From NCBI GenBank assembly GCA_028703105.1, contig JAQVNN010000001.1, forward strand, positions 1,711 through 65,710: DNA of 64,000 nt. The letters run 5' to 3'. Made by a program: the position numbers and the translations under genes. The notes beneath the pieces were generated by a model. It was not told the origin of the DNA and searched no databases. It worked only from the letters and a program-made list of their open reading frames with translations. How positions within the stretch are numbered: position 1 is the first letter of the stretch; every line of letters starts with the position of its first letter. The stretch is from Paludibacter sp. (GTDB lineage: Bacteria; Bacteroidota; Bacteroidia; Bacteroidales; Paludibacteraceae). This document shows positions 20,622 to 35,101 of this stretch, one piece after another.

Positions 20622-22632
20622 ACAATTGGTTTAATTTGAATAAACACAAAGGTAGGGTAAAAAGTTTAAAATTATGACTATTTGCTTTGTTGTAATGAAG
20701 TGTTTTTCCATAATCTTCATATAACATCAAAAGATGAGATGAACTCCAGCTAAAATGAGGAGCTTTTAATCTTTCTCCCGTGTGTGTTCCATAATTCTCG
20801 TGGATAGGAGCATCTTCCTGCAATCCTTGTAGCCTGTCGAATACCTGAAGCGTATATTCATCAGCTAATTTGGTATATCCGTAATTCCGTAACCCCCGAA
20901 TAGCAAAATAGGTTTGGTCTAACCAGATAGGCCCTCTCCAGTATCCACGGGGGTTATATTTTGGATTATCTGCAGCAATTGTTGGGAATGGAATATACGT
21001 AGAAAATTTTGTCGTATCCAGTAAGACCGTTAGCATTTTCTCCACTTGTTCAGGATGTGCTACATTCGTCCATAACGGAGTATATGCCTCACACCCGTAT
21101 TCTTCAACGAAACTTCCATCTGTCAGTCTCCGATCGAAGAAAAATCCTTTTTCTTTATCAAAGAAATAATCGGCCACATAAGATGAGTAGTCGGGAGCAT
21201 CAAACGCAACACCCAATATACCGGCAAACCTTTTCAATAATCTACATTCCAGCGCAAGGTATGCGTTCAGGTCCACACTTTCCTGATTCATGCTCCAGGC
21301 ATTCCCTTCATCGTTGTTTCTCACCATCCTGGTGTTGTCGAAGCGAATTGCATTGTCCATGCCACTTTCCCAGGCAGCAGCTTCCAATGTGCCATCGGTG
21401 GAACCATACTCGCACATGCCATTTTTGTTATGGTCACGTTTGTTATACCACCATTTGTAATAAGCCATCAGCTGTGGATACATTTCTTTTAGAAAGGATG
21501 TATCGTTAGTATGAGTAAAAATTTCATCCACAGCCCACGAAACAAGAGGAGGTTTGCTGTCGCGAGCATTATTCTCCGCCGGATCAGTGTAGATACAGTC
21601 GATAATCATACCATCTGGCTGTTGGTAATCAAACATCGCCCGGATGTTGTTTTTTGCCAATTCGGGTTCAAATCTTGCCAGAGCTGCTGAGAAGCGCCAG
21701 GAATCCCATGCCCAGAAACCGACAAAATACCCGACTGCATGACTTGGAACAATTCCTTCGTGTAACAATCCTCCCCGATATGTGCGCCAATTTGAGAGGA
21801 GTGTTACGGCAGATTTTACCGCAATGCGGTCGTATTCCGGTTTCATGTCGGTCCGAAGTATCTTATTCAAGTATCCGTTCCATCGCTTGCTGTTTTCCGT
21901 CAGAGCTTTCCGGGTATCATTCAAGACAAACATACTTTTTTGAAATCCTGCAGGAATTTCTTTTTCAGAAGTAAAAAAAGAAATGGCCACATGTGTTTCA
22001 TTTTCAGTCAATGTTCCAATGGCTTTGTAATTGTGTTCCCCGACGGTCAGCACGATATCCGGATTGAAAGTCAGCATTATAATTTCTCCCGAAGGATGGC
22101 GAACGAGAATGGTGTTCTGCTTTGTTGATATTTCAACGTCATTACTCCATTGGCTGCCTGTAAATGCTAGTTTCTTTGCCTCTTTTGAACAGATACTCAG
22201 CAATGCCGTTGAAGCGTCAACAAAATGCAGTCTCTGGTTTATTTTTCCATTTGGCGAATAGGAGGACAAATAGATTTCTCCCGGGAAATAATTTATTGAA
22301 TCCGGGATAAACGTATCATTTTCGTGGTCAGCAAAACTTACAACTACGGCTGATTTTGCCATCCACTGGCGACGGTTCATGTCGAGACTGAATGGGCCAC
22401 AAAAACCATTTACCCAGTTGTCTTTTTTGGGAAGGGTGAATCCCATCCATGAGCCGGCATCGGAAAACCATCCATTGCAGCGAGTTAAGGTATCAGGAGT
22501 ATAAGCAACATCTAAAATATTCCCGAATTCGTACCGTTTACTGTCTATCCTAAGTTCTGATTTTTGACTGCAGCTAATGAAACCTGCAGCTAAAGCAGAA
22601 AAGAGTAATATTATTGATAATTTATGTAGCAT
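20521..22632 (-). CDS. GH63 / MGH1-like alpha-glucosidase (YgjK-like) lipoprotein with a 60-aa read-through tail
   Basis: Lipobox FISC; [30 protein letters not shown] and FSWSS (alpha/alpha)6-barrel motifs. Confidence 0.85.
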   Translation of the reverse strand: MLHKLSIILLFSALAAGFISCSQKSELRIDSKRYEFGNILDVAYTPDTLTRCNGWFSDAGSWMGFTLPKKDNWVNGFCGPFSLDMNRRQWMAKSAVVVSFADHENDTFIPDSINYFPGEIYLSSYSPNGKINQRLHFVDASTALLSICSKEAKKLAFTGSQWSNDVEISTKQNTILVRHPSGEIIMLTFNPDIVLTVGEHNYKAIGTLTENETHVAISFFTSEKEIPAGFQKSMFVLNDTRKALTENSKRWNGYLNKILRTDMKPEYDRIAVKSAVTLLSNWRTYRGGLLHEGIVPSHAVGYFVGFWAWDSWRFSAALARFEPELAKNNIRAMFDYQQPDGMIIDCIYTDPAENNARDSKPPLVSWAVDEIFTHTNDTSFLKEMYPQLMAYYKWWYNKRDHNKNGMCEYGSTDGTLEAAAWESGMDNAIRFDNTRMVRNNDEGNAWSMNQESVDLNAYLALECRLLKRFAGILGVAFDAPDYSSYVADYFFDKEKGFFFDRRLTDGSFVEEYGCEAYTPLWTNVAHPEQVEKMLTVLLDTTKFSTYIPFPTIAADNPKYNPRGYWRGPIWLDQTYFAIRGLRNYGYTKLADEYTLQVFDRLQGLQEDAPIHENYGTHTGERLKAPHFSWSSSHLLMLYEDYGKTLHYNKANSHNFKLFTLPLCLFKLNQLYGYFKFPFCIRTYTFRRAGDGDREFNRIFAQKI

Positions 22633-22668
22633 ACCTGATAATTTTTAGAAAACTTCATCTTTTGTTTG

Positions 22669-26439
<3,771 letters not shown>

Positions 26440-26443
<4 letters not shown>

Positions 26444-26724
26444 GCGATATCTTCTTTTTTTCTTTTTTTATATAGCCGGTACCACAACACCCAGGCGGCT
26501 ACAACACTACCCAGTACAGCGCCAACCGATATTACGATTGCTTCCAGTCCGAGCGTATGCAACCCGTTTATTATCTCCTGATTACCCCCCACATCAACCC
26601 CCAGTAAAAAGAGTAATAGCCAGATTAATAGGGTTATAACTTTATGTATCCACGATAATTTGTGTTTTTTCAACAGATATCCCAGGAGTACCCCCGTGAG
26701 CATTAGTCCAATCATTACAAACAT
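26440..26724 (-). CDS. LysO/DUF340 family exporter, small N-terminal subunit
   Basis: Three TM helices, LLLFLLGVDVG; ATGA-type overlap with the next gene. Confidence 0.78.
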
Positions 26725-26764
26725 AGCGTTGTCGTTTTTTTTTGCAAAAATAAATAATTAAACA

Positions 26765-26806
26765 AAAACAAGGCGGCGTTTGCCTATGGTAAAGCCGCCT
26801 TGTTTT
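26765..26806 (-). terminator. Intrinsic terminator after susD
   Basis: AAAACAAGGCGGC / GCCGCCTTGTTTT 13-bp stem; a TATTTTTG -7 box lies downstream on minus strand near 26744-26751. Confidence 0.75.
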
Positions 26807-26828
26807 GTTAGTTTAACGAAACAGATGA

Positions 26829-28352
26829 TTAGTTTATTTCGTCGTTAGAGTTTATTTCTGTAAGAGGTACAGGGTAGAAAGCGTTCTTTTGCGTATCGAA
26901 AGTACGTCCGACACCATTCATAACCTCTTTTAATTTTCCCCAGCGACGGAGATCGTACCAACGCCAGTTTTCCAGCGCAAACTCAATCATTCGTTCATGT
27001 TCAATCTGAGCACGTACAGCTTCTTGCGTGGTGCCTGTCATTGGGGGCATATCACCGTGAATATCTCTTACATCGTTAATTAGAGGAATCGCCTGTGCGG
27101 GATGGTTTTGTTCATTCAACACTTCTGCTTTCATGAGCAGGACATTAGCATAACGCATGAGAGGAATATTGATGGCACAACGGTTTGTTTTCAAGGCAGC
27201 GTAATCTGTCGGCATAAATTTCCGGAAAGCCGGACGATTGTATGCTATTCCTTTATCATCACTGAACCAGTCATCGTAATTCCAACCATAAACACGTCCG
27301 GTACCATCATTGTAGTAATCACATTGGAAAAAAATACTCTCATATAACCGTGAGTCATATCGTCCTGTGGTTGCAATTTTACCTTCTTTTATGAATGCAT
27401 TCATCAAGGTGTTGCTTGGCAGAATTTCGTCCCATCCTCCGAGCTCTTCAACTCCTATCCAACGGTGCAGCTGTGTACGGTAGCTGGCACCATTAGCAGT
27501 ACTCATAGAGGTTTGCAGTTCGAAAATGGATTCCTTGCTGTTTTTATTCGTGGCATCGAACATGCTTGAGAAGCTCTTTACAAGGCTATAGCCTTTTACT
27601 TCATTCAATGCTTCAAGCGCTTTGGTCAGGTATTCTGACTTCTTTCCGGGTTCTTCGTATGCACGAGTCAAATAAGCAAAGCCCAAATAAGCATAAGCAG
27701 CTCCTTTGGTGGCACGTCCCACATTATCCGCATCATATGCTGCCGGAAGTGCGATTGCTTTTTTCAAATCACCAATAATAAAATCCCAGGCGTCTGTACG
27801 GGGAGAAAGAGCTTTGTTTAAATCACTCTGATTGGTGATGTATTTGTCCCGAATGATAATTTTTTCCCAGTTCAGGAGTAATTTCAGATGATAATAAGCA
27901 CGTAAGAAGTAAGCTTCATTGATAATCTGTTCACGAATACCAGGTTGTATTGCTACATCTGGAATGTCTGCTACTTTTTCGATTACCTGGTTAGCGAAAC
28001 TTGCACCTTTATAGTTGTTCCACCAGTAACTGCTGACTTGCGAGTTACCATTTGTATAGGTAAAGTTGTATAGTTCGACCCAGTTAGGATAGTTGCGGGC
28101 ATCATTACCCATTTCTACGATGTCTTCGCGATAAGCTTCGACTGGCCATTTCACTTCGGCAAATTCCCATATATCAATATAGTATTCCAATTGGGAATAA
28201 GCCGCTGCAATACCTGCTTGTGCATCGCTTTCATTGCGCCAAAAACTACCGGAAGTTAACTGGTCAGGAGAACTTACCGTTAAAAAGTCGTCACACGAGC
28301 TGAGGAAGAGTGATGCAAGGCAAAGACCTGCTATATATAAGTATTTTTTCAT
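26829..28352 (-). CDS. susD: SusD/RagB glycan-binding lipoprotein
   Basis: Lipobox LSSC-DDFL; EAYFLRAYY, RATKGAA, RYANVLLMKAE, ERMIEFALE, RWYDLRRWG. Confidence 0.95.
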   Translation of the reverse strand: MKKYLYIAGLCLASLFLSSCDDFLTVSSPDQLTSGSFWRNESDAQAGIAAAYSQLEYYIDIWEFAEVKWPVEAYREDIVEMGNDARNYPNWVELYNFTYTNGNSQVSSYWWNNYKGASFANQVIEKVADIPDVAIQPGIREQIINEAYFLRAYYHLKLLLNWEKIIIRDKYITNQSDLNKALSPRTDAWDFIIGDLKKAIALPAAYDADNVGRATKGAAYAYLGFAYLTRAYEEPGKKSEYLTKALEALNEVKGYSLVKSFSSMFDATNKNSKESIFELQTSMSTANGASYRTQLHRWIGVEELGGWDEILPSNTLMNAFIKEGKIATTGRYDSRLYESIFFQCDYYNDGTGRVYGWNYDDWFSDDKGIAYNRPAFRKFMPTDYAALKTNRCAINIPLMRYANVLLMKAEVLNEQNHPAQAIPLINDVRDIHGDMPPMTGTTQEAVRAQIEHERMIEFALENWRWYDLRRWGKLKEVMNGVGRTFDTQKNAFYPVPLTEINSNDEIN

Positions 28353-28373
28353 ATTTGTATAAATTTTATTTGA

Positions 28374-31300
28374 TTAAAATGAAAGTTGTGCTCCTATCGT
28401 AAAAGAACGGGTAAACGGGAAAATCAATTTATCGATACCTGCATTCAGCACACTGGCACGTGAAAACTCAGGGTCGATTCCCTCATAGCTTGTGATGGTG
28501 AAAAGATTTTCTCCACTTACATAGAAGCGTAATTTTTCAATGAATACTTTCTGTATTAGTTCTTTGGGTAAAGTATAACCTAATTGCAATTGACGCAAGC
28601 GTATAAAGTCTCCTTTTTCAAGGAAACGGTCGGATTCTTTCAGGTTCCCATTAGGGTCGTTGTAGATAGCACGAGGTACATTTGTATTGGTATTAGCAGG
28701 GGTCCATGCATCCAGTGACGACCGCAGAAAGTTAGAACCGGAGTTCATCCCTTCGTAGAAGTACTTGTTACCATTATAAATTTTATGTCCCCATACACTT
28801 CCCAAAACAGCTGAAAAGTCCAATCCTTTGTAGTCAACAGAAATATTAAAATTGACTTCTAAAGCAGGGATGCCGGATCCACAATATACTTTGTCGTCAT
28901 CATCAATTACTCCGTCTTCGTTTGTATCAACGAAACGGATGTCACCAGCATCAGCATAGGGTTGATAGCGATCTCCATCTGTGTTTTTATAATTACGAGC
29001 TTCGGCATCGCTCTGGAACAGCCCATCTGTTTTATACAGATAGAATGCACCGATGGGTTTGCCAACACGTGTTTGAGTCGGGAAATGTTCTGTGCCATAT
29101 TTCAACCCTTCTCCGTAAAGGACTTGTTCCTCGTCGGCTAAAGACACTACTTTGTTGTCGGTCGTACTTAGGTTCATACCGATGTTATAGCTGAAATCTC
29201 CTTTTCGTTCTCTCCAGTTTGCTTCAAATTCAATACCTGTATTGCGAATCTTCCCTACGTTCAGGATAGGATTGGTCAACCCTGCCGAAGGAGGAAGTGC
29301 TTTTGTTATTAATAAATCTTCAGTTTGGTTATAATAATAGTTCAAAGAACCAGTTAATTTGTCGTTGAACAGGGCAAAGTCAGCACCGATATTCTTAGTG
29401 TCGGTTGTTTCCCATTTCAGCGAGCGGTTTTCAAGTCCGCGGGCGATACTTCCTGCCCATGCGTTATCTCCATTTCCTTTAACATAACCTTGATACATCG
29501 TGTTATAAGTGCTGATTAAAGCCTGGAAGTCGTAATAACCTAAAGCGTTTTCATTTCCCAGACGTCCCCAGCTGGCACGTAATTTTAAGTTATTCAGAAG
29601 TATATCCTGTGGAAAGAATTCTTCCTGGCTGACCCTCCATCCTAAAGCTAACGAAGGGAAGTAACCCCAACGGTTATCGGCACCAAATTTAGAAGACCCA
29701 TCGTAACGCATGGTTGCCTGTACCAGGTAACGGTCGTCATAGTTATAATTCAAACGTCCAAAGAATGAAGCACGATTGTATTTCCACTGAGACCCATCAC
29801 CACTGAAAGTGCCGCCGGCACCTGCCCCGACTGTTGAGAAACCAGGATCCAGGAAACCGCCCTCAATTTCATTTATCACCAATTTTCCGTCTTCAACCTT
29901 ATATACAGTTGTTTTGCCTTCTACTGCTACAGAGTTCCATGTGTATTCCCGTGCAGAGATAGAAGATCCTACTATCGCGTTAACACTGTGTTCGTTAAAT
30001 GCTCTGTTGAAAGTTAAAACATTATCCCATACATTTTCTTCCCAATATGAAGTTGTCTCACTGTGATATGTATAATCTCTTTTTGCTTTTTCATCGGCAA
30101 TATACGGTGGAGTATGATAAGTCTGACGTTCGTGTACTCCGCGGTAAGAATAAGACGATTTGAAATTTAGCCATTTAGTGAAATTTATACCTAAAGAAAT
30201 GTTGGCTGTCGTGTTATAAAGTTTGTCTGTTGATTTCTCAAAATGATGGTCACCCATGACATTTCGGTTGTTGGGAAGTCCGTCAAAGTTAGTAAGACCG
30301 AAGCCGTACTCTTCGTTTTCATTATAAATCGGAACCAGCGGAGAAATCATATACATTTCTTTTAGCTGATATTCCGGTTGTTTATTGTCAGTAAATTTGA
30401 AAGCAAGATTTGCGTCGATATCAAAAATATGTTTGCTTGTATGCACTTTCATACGGGCATTATCCTGCCGGAAATCGTTACCAAGGAAGATCCCTTTATC
30501 ATTGGCACGGTTGTAGGAAATAGCGTATTGAGTTGTTTCACTGCCGCCCCTGATGCTTAACATATAGTTTTGAGACAAACCACTCCGCAACATGGCATCC
30601 TGCCAGTTGGTGTCAATGTCTGTATTTTTAGTTACATAAGCCGGTAAGCTTGCTAATTTACTCTGCCAGGCGCCAGAATCTTCCGGGTCGTAAAGTCCCT
30701 TGTTGTTGGTAACGTGTTGATTCCAGTTTTCATACATTTTTCTATGTGTGGCTTTGTATTCAGCTGCATTCAATAATTCGAGCCGCTTGCTTACATCGAC
30801 AATGCTGACATAAGTGCTGAAATCAATTTTTGTGCTACCTTTCTTCCCGTTTTTGGTGGTAACAATGATAACACCGTTAGCAGCAACTGAACCATAAATA
30901 GCAGCAGCAGCACCGTCTTTTAACACTTCCATTGACTGAATGTCCTGAGGATTTACATTTTCAATGTCTCCCGGGAAGCCGTCGATGATATACAATGGCT
31001 GATTGTCGCCGAATGTTTTAACACCACGGATTTTAACTTGTACACCAGCGCCGGCGTTACCACCCGACTTCATGATGTTTACACCGGCAATCTTACCCTG
31101 TAGAGCTTCTGCCGGGTTTGTTGTAGTACGCCGTGCGAGTTCTTCTACATTGACAGAGGAGATGGCCCCGGTCATATCACTCTTTTTCATTGTACCATAA
31201 CCCACTACAACAACTTCTTCCAGCTCTTCAGTGGTTTCTCTTAATGTTACTTTGATTGTTTTCATGCCGTTCAGCTGAATCTCCTGTGTTGTGTAACCTA

Positions 31301-31544
31301 CATAAGAAACAACAATGGTTGCCTGAGGAGAAACAAGAAAACTGAAGTTCCCCTTCAAATCAGTGACTACACCATTAGCAGTTCCTTTTTCAACTACACT
31401 GGCTCCGATAATGGGTTCGTTTGCTGCATCAACCACCGAACCTGTCAGCCGAATATTCTGTGCCCATGCACCTGTTGGAGCTATAAAGGCAAAGAGCAGA
31501 ATAAGCCGTAACACTTTTTCCTTGAAATAGTTAGTTTTACTCAT
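28374..31544 (-). CDS. susC: SusC/RagA TonB-dependent transporter
   Basis: CarboxypepD-like N-domain, VVVGYG, VLKDGAAAAIYGSVAANGVIIVTTK, LKWETT, terminal F. Confidence 0.97.
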   Translation of the reverse strand: MSKTNYFKEKVLRLILLFAFIAPTGAWAQNIRLTGSVVDAANEPIIGASVVEKGTANGVVTDLKGNFSFLVSPQATIVVSYVGYTTQEIQLNGMKTIKVTLRETTEELEEVVVVGYGTMKKSDMTGAISSVNVEELARRTTTNPAEALQGKIAGVNIMKSGGNAGAGVQVKIRGVKTFGDNQPLYIIDGFPGDIENVNPQDIQSMEVLKDGAAAAIYGSVAANGVIIVTTKNGKKGSTKIDFSTYVSIVDVSKRLELLNAAEYKATHRKMYENWNQHVTNNKGLYDPEDSGAWQSKLASLPAYVTKNTDIDTNWQDAMLRSGLSQNYMLSIRGGSETTQYAISYNRANDKGIFLGNDFRQDNARMKVHTSKHIFDIDANLAFKFTDNKQPEYQLKEMYMISPLVPIYNENEEYGFGLTNFDGLPNNRNVMGDHHFEKSTDKLYNTTANISLGINFTKWLNFKSSYSYRGVHERQTYHTPPYIADEKAKRDYTYHSETTSYWEENVWDNVLTFNRAFNEHSVNAIVGSSISAREYTWNSVAVEGKTTVYKVEDGKLVINEIEGGFLDPGFSTVGAGAGGTFSGDGSQWKYNRASFFGRLNYNYDDRYLVQATMRYDGSSKFGADNRWGYFPSLALGWRVSQEEFFPQDILLNNLKLRASWGRLGNENALGYYDFQALISTYNTMYQGYVKGNGDNAWAGSIARGLENRSLKWETTDTKNIGADFALFNDKLTGSLNYYYNQTEDLLITKALPPSAGLTNPILNVGKIRNTGIEFEANWRERKGDFSYNIGMNLSTTDNKVVSLADEEQVLYGEGLKYGTEHFPTQTRVGKPIGAFYLYKTDGLFQSDAEARNYKNTDGDRYQPYADAGDIRFVDTNEDGVIDDDDKVYCGSGIPALEVNFNISVDYKGLDFSAVLGSVWGHKIYNGNKYFYEGMNSGSNFLRSSLDAWTPANTNTNVPRAIYNDPNGNLKESDRFLEKGDFIRLRQLQLGYTLPKELIQKVFIEKLRFYVSGENLFTITSYEGIDPEFSRASVLNAGIDKLIFPFTRSFTIGAQLSF

Positions 31545-31626
31545 ACAAATGAATTTTTAATGTAAATAATTGGTTTTTACGCTCCTAATATAGATAGGTG
31601 AGCTGTCCAAATCCAAATAATTCATC

Positions 31627-31732
31627 TCTACAAATAATCTACAAAAGGAATAATCTGGTTTTTATTATTCTACAACTATTCTTATTAAGGTGTTGATATA
31701 CAGGTTTTTTTTTAGAAAATAGGTATCTACAA
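31627..31732 (-). promoter_or_regulatory. Four TTGTAGA direct repeats upstream of susC
   Basis: TCTACAA on + strand at 31627, 31638, 31669 and 31726; first two are 11 bp apart. Confidence 0.55.
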
Positions 31733-31750
31733 AACGCTGTTTCACAATTA

Positions 31751-33376
31751 TTATATGTTTTGCAGATAGTTGGTTAAGCTTTCTTTAGGGCATAGATTGA
31801 GGGATTTGCGCAGGCGGTATCGACTCATGTTGATTGTTTTAGGTATATTGCCTGTCAGGATAGATATTTCTTTTGTTGACAAATTGATGCGCAGTAATGT
31901 AGCCAAAGACTTTTCTCCCTGGGTCAGATTAGGATGGAGTTCAGATAAATGTTGCTGGAATTCCTGGTTTTTTTCTTCAACGTTCATCAAAAGCGAAGTG
32001 TTGTTTTTATCTCCGCTTTGATATTGAGCAATGAAAACATTGATTCGCTTCAGGTGACTGATGAGTTCTTGTCCATTCATTTTGTAACCTTGTTTAATCA
32101 TTTCCCTGATTTTCTCTAATAATTCATTACGACTGAGGAGAAAAATGGCAAAGCTGGTAATTTCTTTTCTTTTGTTGTCTAATTCGTTTTGAACGGATTT
32201 TAACTCCAGATCCTGTTGACGCACTTTCAGTTCAGCTATTTCACGCTCCGACTGTTCCAGGTTGTATTGTGCTTTCATCAGTTCCATGTATTTTTTTCTC
32301 TTGTACCATTTTGTAAGAAATACACTTGTTATGATGAGCAGAACAAGTACAACCAACAAGATGTATATGTTTCGTCTCAGTAATTCAATTTTATAATTTT
32401 GCTCTTTGCTTTCAGCTGCTCTTTTTTGATCCTGATAACGTTTCTGTGAAATTTCCAGTTCTACATTCCGCAACTTGTTGCTACTCTGTACTTCTTTACT
32501 CAGTAAATTTAGCTTAGTAATACATTGGTAGGCATTTTCATAGTCTCCCAGTGCGGCATAAACCCATGAGAAGTATTCGTAATTGTCACAGATCAATTCT
32601 TTTGCACCAAGAGCAGAAGCAACTTCATTGGCTTTCTGCAGAGCTTCCAATGCTTTCATGTATTTTTTTGCATAAAAGTATTGTTTGCCCATATTGTTAT
32701 AATTCTCACCCAATGACCACTGAGAATTCAGGTTTTTGTTGATGATGATGGCTTCATTAATGAGTTCTATCTTCTCTTCAAAGTTTCCCTCATACAAGCA
32801 CATATTGTTCAAATTCGCAGCAATTGCTTTTAATTGTTTTAACGAACGATTGATTGCAAGAGATTGGCGAAAGAATTGTTCGGCAATATTGAATTCATTC
32901 AAATCATAATGTATGATTCCCCGGTTATTATAACATGTTGCAATAGAAGCAGAATCGCCAAGCGCTTTAAAGATCGAGGTGGCTTTTTCGTTCAGTTCTA
33001 TGGCTTTATTATAGTCCGTTAAACGGCAATAAACAATACCCATTAAAGAATAAATTTGTCCTTTTAAACTGTTGTTTGATGGAGTTACATATTCTAAAGC
33101 ATCATATAAAGTCTTGACGCCCGAATCAAAATTTCCCAATAATTTTTCTGCCTGGCTATACGCGAACAAGGCTTCTGCTTTTTGATCGTTTTGTTCTTCT
33201 CCCGGCAATAATTCAATTGCTTTTGATGCATAATAAGCTGCTTGCTCAGGATTTATGTATATGACATTTTTCGATTTGTCTATCCAATCTTGTACTTCTG
33301 TTTGCGTGTTTGAGGCAACACTCAGCTGGATAGTAAGCAAACATTGAAATAGAAGAAAAAGCACTGTGATTTTCAT
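31751..33376 (-). CDS. Membrane-anchored TPR-sensor / C-terminal LuxR-like HTH transcriptional regulator
   Basis: Signal peptide, TPR repeats, TM (IYILLVVLVLLIITSVFL), coiled coil, LSTKEISILTG..TINMSRYRLRKSL HTH; TATTTTTG box 33400-33407. Confidence 0.8.
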   Translation of the reverse strand: MKITVLFLLFQCLLTIQLSVASNTQTEVQDWIDKSKNVIYINPEQAAYYASKAIELLPGEEQNDQKAEALFAYSQAEKLLGNFDSGVKTLYDALEYVTPSNNSLKGQIYSLMGIVYCRLTDYNKAIELNEKATSIFKALGDSASIATCYNNRGIIHYDLNEFNIAEQFFRQSLAINRSLKQLKAIAANLNNMCLYEGNFEEKIELINEAIIINKNLNSQWSLGENYNNMGKQYFYAKKYMKALEALQKANEVASALGAKELICDNYEYFSWVYAALGDYENAYQCITKLNLLSKEVQSSNKLRNVELEISQKRYQDQKRAAESKEQNYKIELLRRNIYILLVVLVLLIITSVFLTKWYKRKKYMELMKAQYNLEQSEREIAELKVRQQDLELKSVQNELDNKRKEITSFAIFLLSRNELLEKIREMIKQGYKMNGQELISHLKRINVFIAQYQSGDKNNTSLLMNVEEKNQEFQQHLSELHPNLTQGEKSLATLLRINLSTKEISILTGNIPKTINMSRYRLRKSLNLCPKESLTNYLQNI

Positions 33377-33511
33377 GGTATGGTGTGTTTTTGATTTTAC
33401 AAAAATAATGTTTATTTCGAATAAAACAGTTTTTTGTTATTTTGGAGGGGGAATCATTATAGCTGAATTGCACGTAAATAAAGGGAAGAGTGGTTGATTG
33501 GGTTAAGCTTC

Positions 33512-33562
33512 TGAACAATAAAAAAGGAGAAAAACCAATTTTCCCTCCTTTTTTATTGTTCA
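33512..33562 (-). terminator. Terminator after the tryptophanase-family gene
   Basis: 18-bp perfect inverted repeat TGAACAATAAAAAAGGAG / CTCCTTTTTTATTGTTCA. Confidence 0.8.
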
Positions 33563-33577
33563 TGTATATGCGGTTAT

Positions 33578-35026
33578 TTATAAACTGTCTCCAAAATCTT
33601 CTTTGAACTTTGCCATCAATTTTTGTGGCCAGTCTCCGGTGGGTTCAAGTTTGCCCATGAAGAAACGCAATACGGGCGGTTCGTAGTTGAATTTCAACCC
33701 GCCGATTAAATGACGGTTGTCATACAACCAGGTCAAGCGATCTTCCACGTATTTGATTTGCGAGAGTGTGAATACGCGACGGGGAACTGCCAGCCGGAGT
33801 AATTCCATATCGGCATAAGTTTCGTTGCCATATTCGTCACGCTGATTGGAGATAGAACCACGTTCCATACCACGAATACCTGAAATCAGGTACAGTGCGG
33901 CTGCCAATGAGCCTGCCGGATATTGTTTTTGCGGGATATGCGCACAAATCTGCATAGCGTCGAGGTGAACGCCTAGTACACCTGCAGGCCGGATAACCGG
34001 AATTTGTTTTTTGTGTAACTCTTCTACCAGGTATTTAATAAAAGAAGGGCTCTGACTGATTACTGTCTCATCCAGTGTTTCGTATAGTCCGACAGCCATG
34101 GCTTCTATTTCACGAATCGACATCCCGCCATAAGTAAGAAAGCCTTCATACAATGGGACTAAAGCTTCAAGCTCTCTGAATATTTCCATGCTGTTGGTAC
34201 AAATACCGCCGCCACGAGAGGAACTCAGTTTGCGTGCAGAGAAGTAACACAAATCCGCCAAATCTGTCATGGTGCGAATAACGGTACCCATATCCGATCC
34301 TATAAATTCTTCTTCGCGCTGCAATACCAGGTAAGCATTTTCACCAATCAGACTACAGTCGAGCACCAGTCGGATGCCATGTTTATTTGCAACAGCTCTT
34401 ACATCGCGTAAGTTTTGTATCGAAAAAGGTTGTCCTCCAATGAGGTTAGTGGAAGCTTCCATCCGGATGAACGGGATGTTTTTGGCTCCTTTTTGCACAA
34501 TTACCTCTTCCAGTTTTTCAATATTCATATTTCCCTTGAAAGGATGGTCGGAGTTAATTACATAAGCTTCATCGTAGAGTAATTCTACAATTTGTCCTCC
34601 CTTGTCGGTGATATGCGCCATGGCGGTAGTGAAATGGTAGTTCATCGGAACCAGGCTGCCCTTGCGTACATAAGCAACTGAAATGATGTTCTCGGCTGCC
34701 CGTCCCTGATGTACAGGTAACAGATGTTTTTTGCCTAATACATCTTCAACCGCTTTTTGCAGACGAACGAAGCTCTGAGAACCAGCATAGGCATCGTCGG
34801 CTTGCATCATGGCCGCTAATTGGTTGTCACTCATGGCATTGGTTCCGGAATCGGTAAGCATGTCGAGGAAGACATCTTTGGTACTTAATTGGAAAGTGTT
34901 GAAGCCGCCTTCATAAAGCGCTTCTAAACGACGTTCAATGGGAACTAAGTGAAGTTTCTGTACAATCCGTGCTTTGTGTAACTCAAGCGGCAGATCTTCA
35001 CCACTGTAGAATTTGATTTCTTGCAT
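33578..35026 (-). CDS. Tryptophanase/tyrosine phenol-lyase family PLP beta-eliminating lyase
   Basis: LDMLTDSGT, DDAYAGS, HQGRAAE, FSARK (PLP lysine), YGGMS, LRLAVPRR; start moved to MQEIK at 35026. Confidence 0.88.
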   Translation of the reverse strand: MQEIKFYSGEDLPLELHKARIVQKLHLVPIERRLEALYEGGFNTFQLSTKDVFLDMLTDSGTNAMSDNQLAAMMQADDAYAGSQSFVRLQKAVEDVLGKKHLLPVHQGRAAENIISVAYVRKGSLVPMNYHFTTAMAHITDKGGQIVELLYDEAYVINSDHPFKGNMNIEKLEEVIVQKGAKNIPFIRMEASTNLIGGQPFSIQNLRDVRAVANKHGIRLVLDCSLIGENAYLVLQREEEFIGSDMGTVIRTMTDLADLCYFSARKLSSSRGGGICTNSMEIFRELEALVPLYEGFLTYGGMSIREIEAMAVGLYETLDETVISQSPSFIKYLVEELHKKQIPVIRPAGVLGVHLDAMQICAHIPQKQYPAGSLAAALYLISGIRGMERGSISNQRDEYGNETYADMELLRLAVPRRVFTLSQIKYVEDRLTWLYDNRHLIGGLKFNYEPPVLRFFMGKLEPTGDWPQKLMAKFKEDFGDSL

Positions 35027-35069
35027 AGCTATTACAAAATATATAAATGTATAATGATTGAATTTTTTC

Positions 35070-35101
35070 AAAAAGAAAGAGTGCCTGTATTACAAGCACC
35101 C
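35070..35101 (-). terminator. Terminator-like hairpin in the leader of the lyase gene
   Basis: GGGTGCTTGT-AAT-ACAGGCACTC followed by TTTCTTTTT; lies downstream of a TATCTTTGCA box (35146-35155). Confidence 0.6.
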
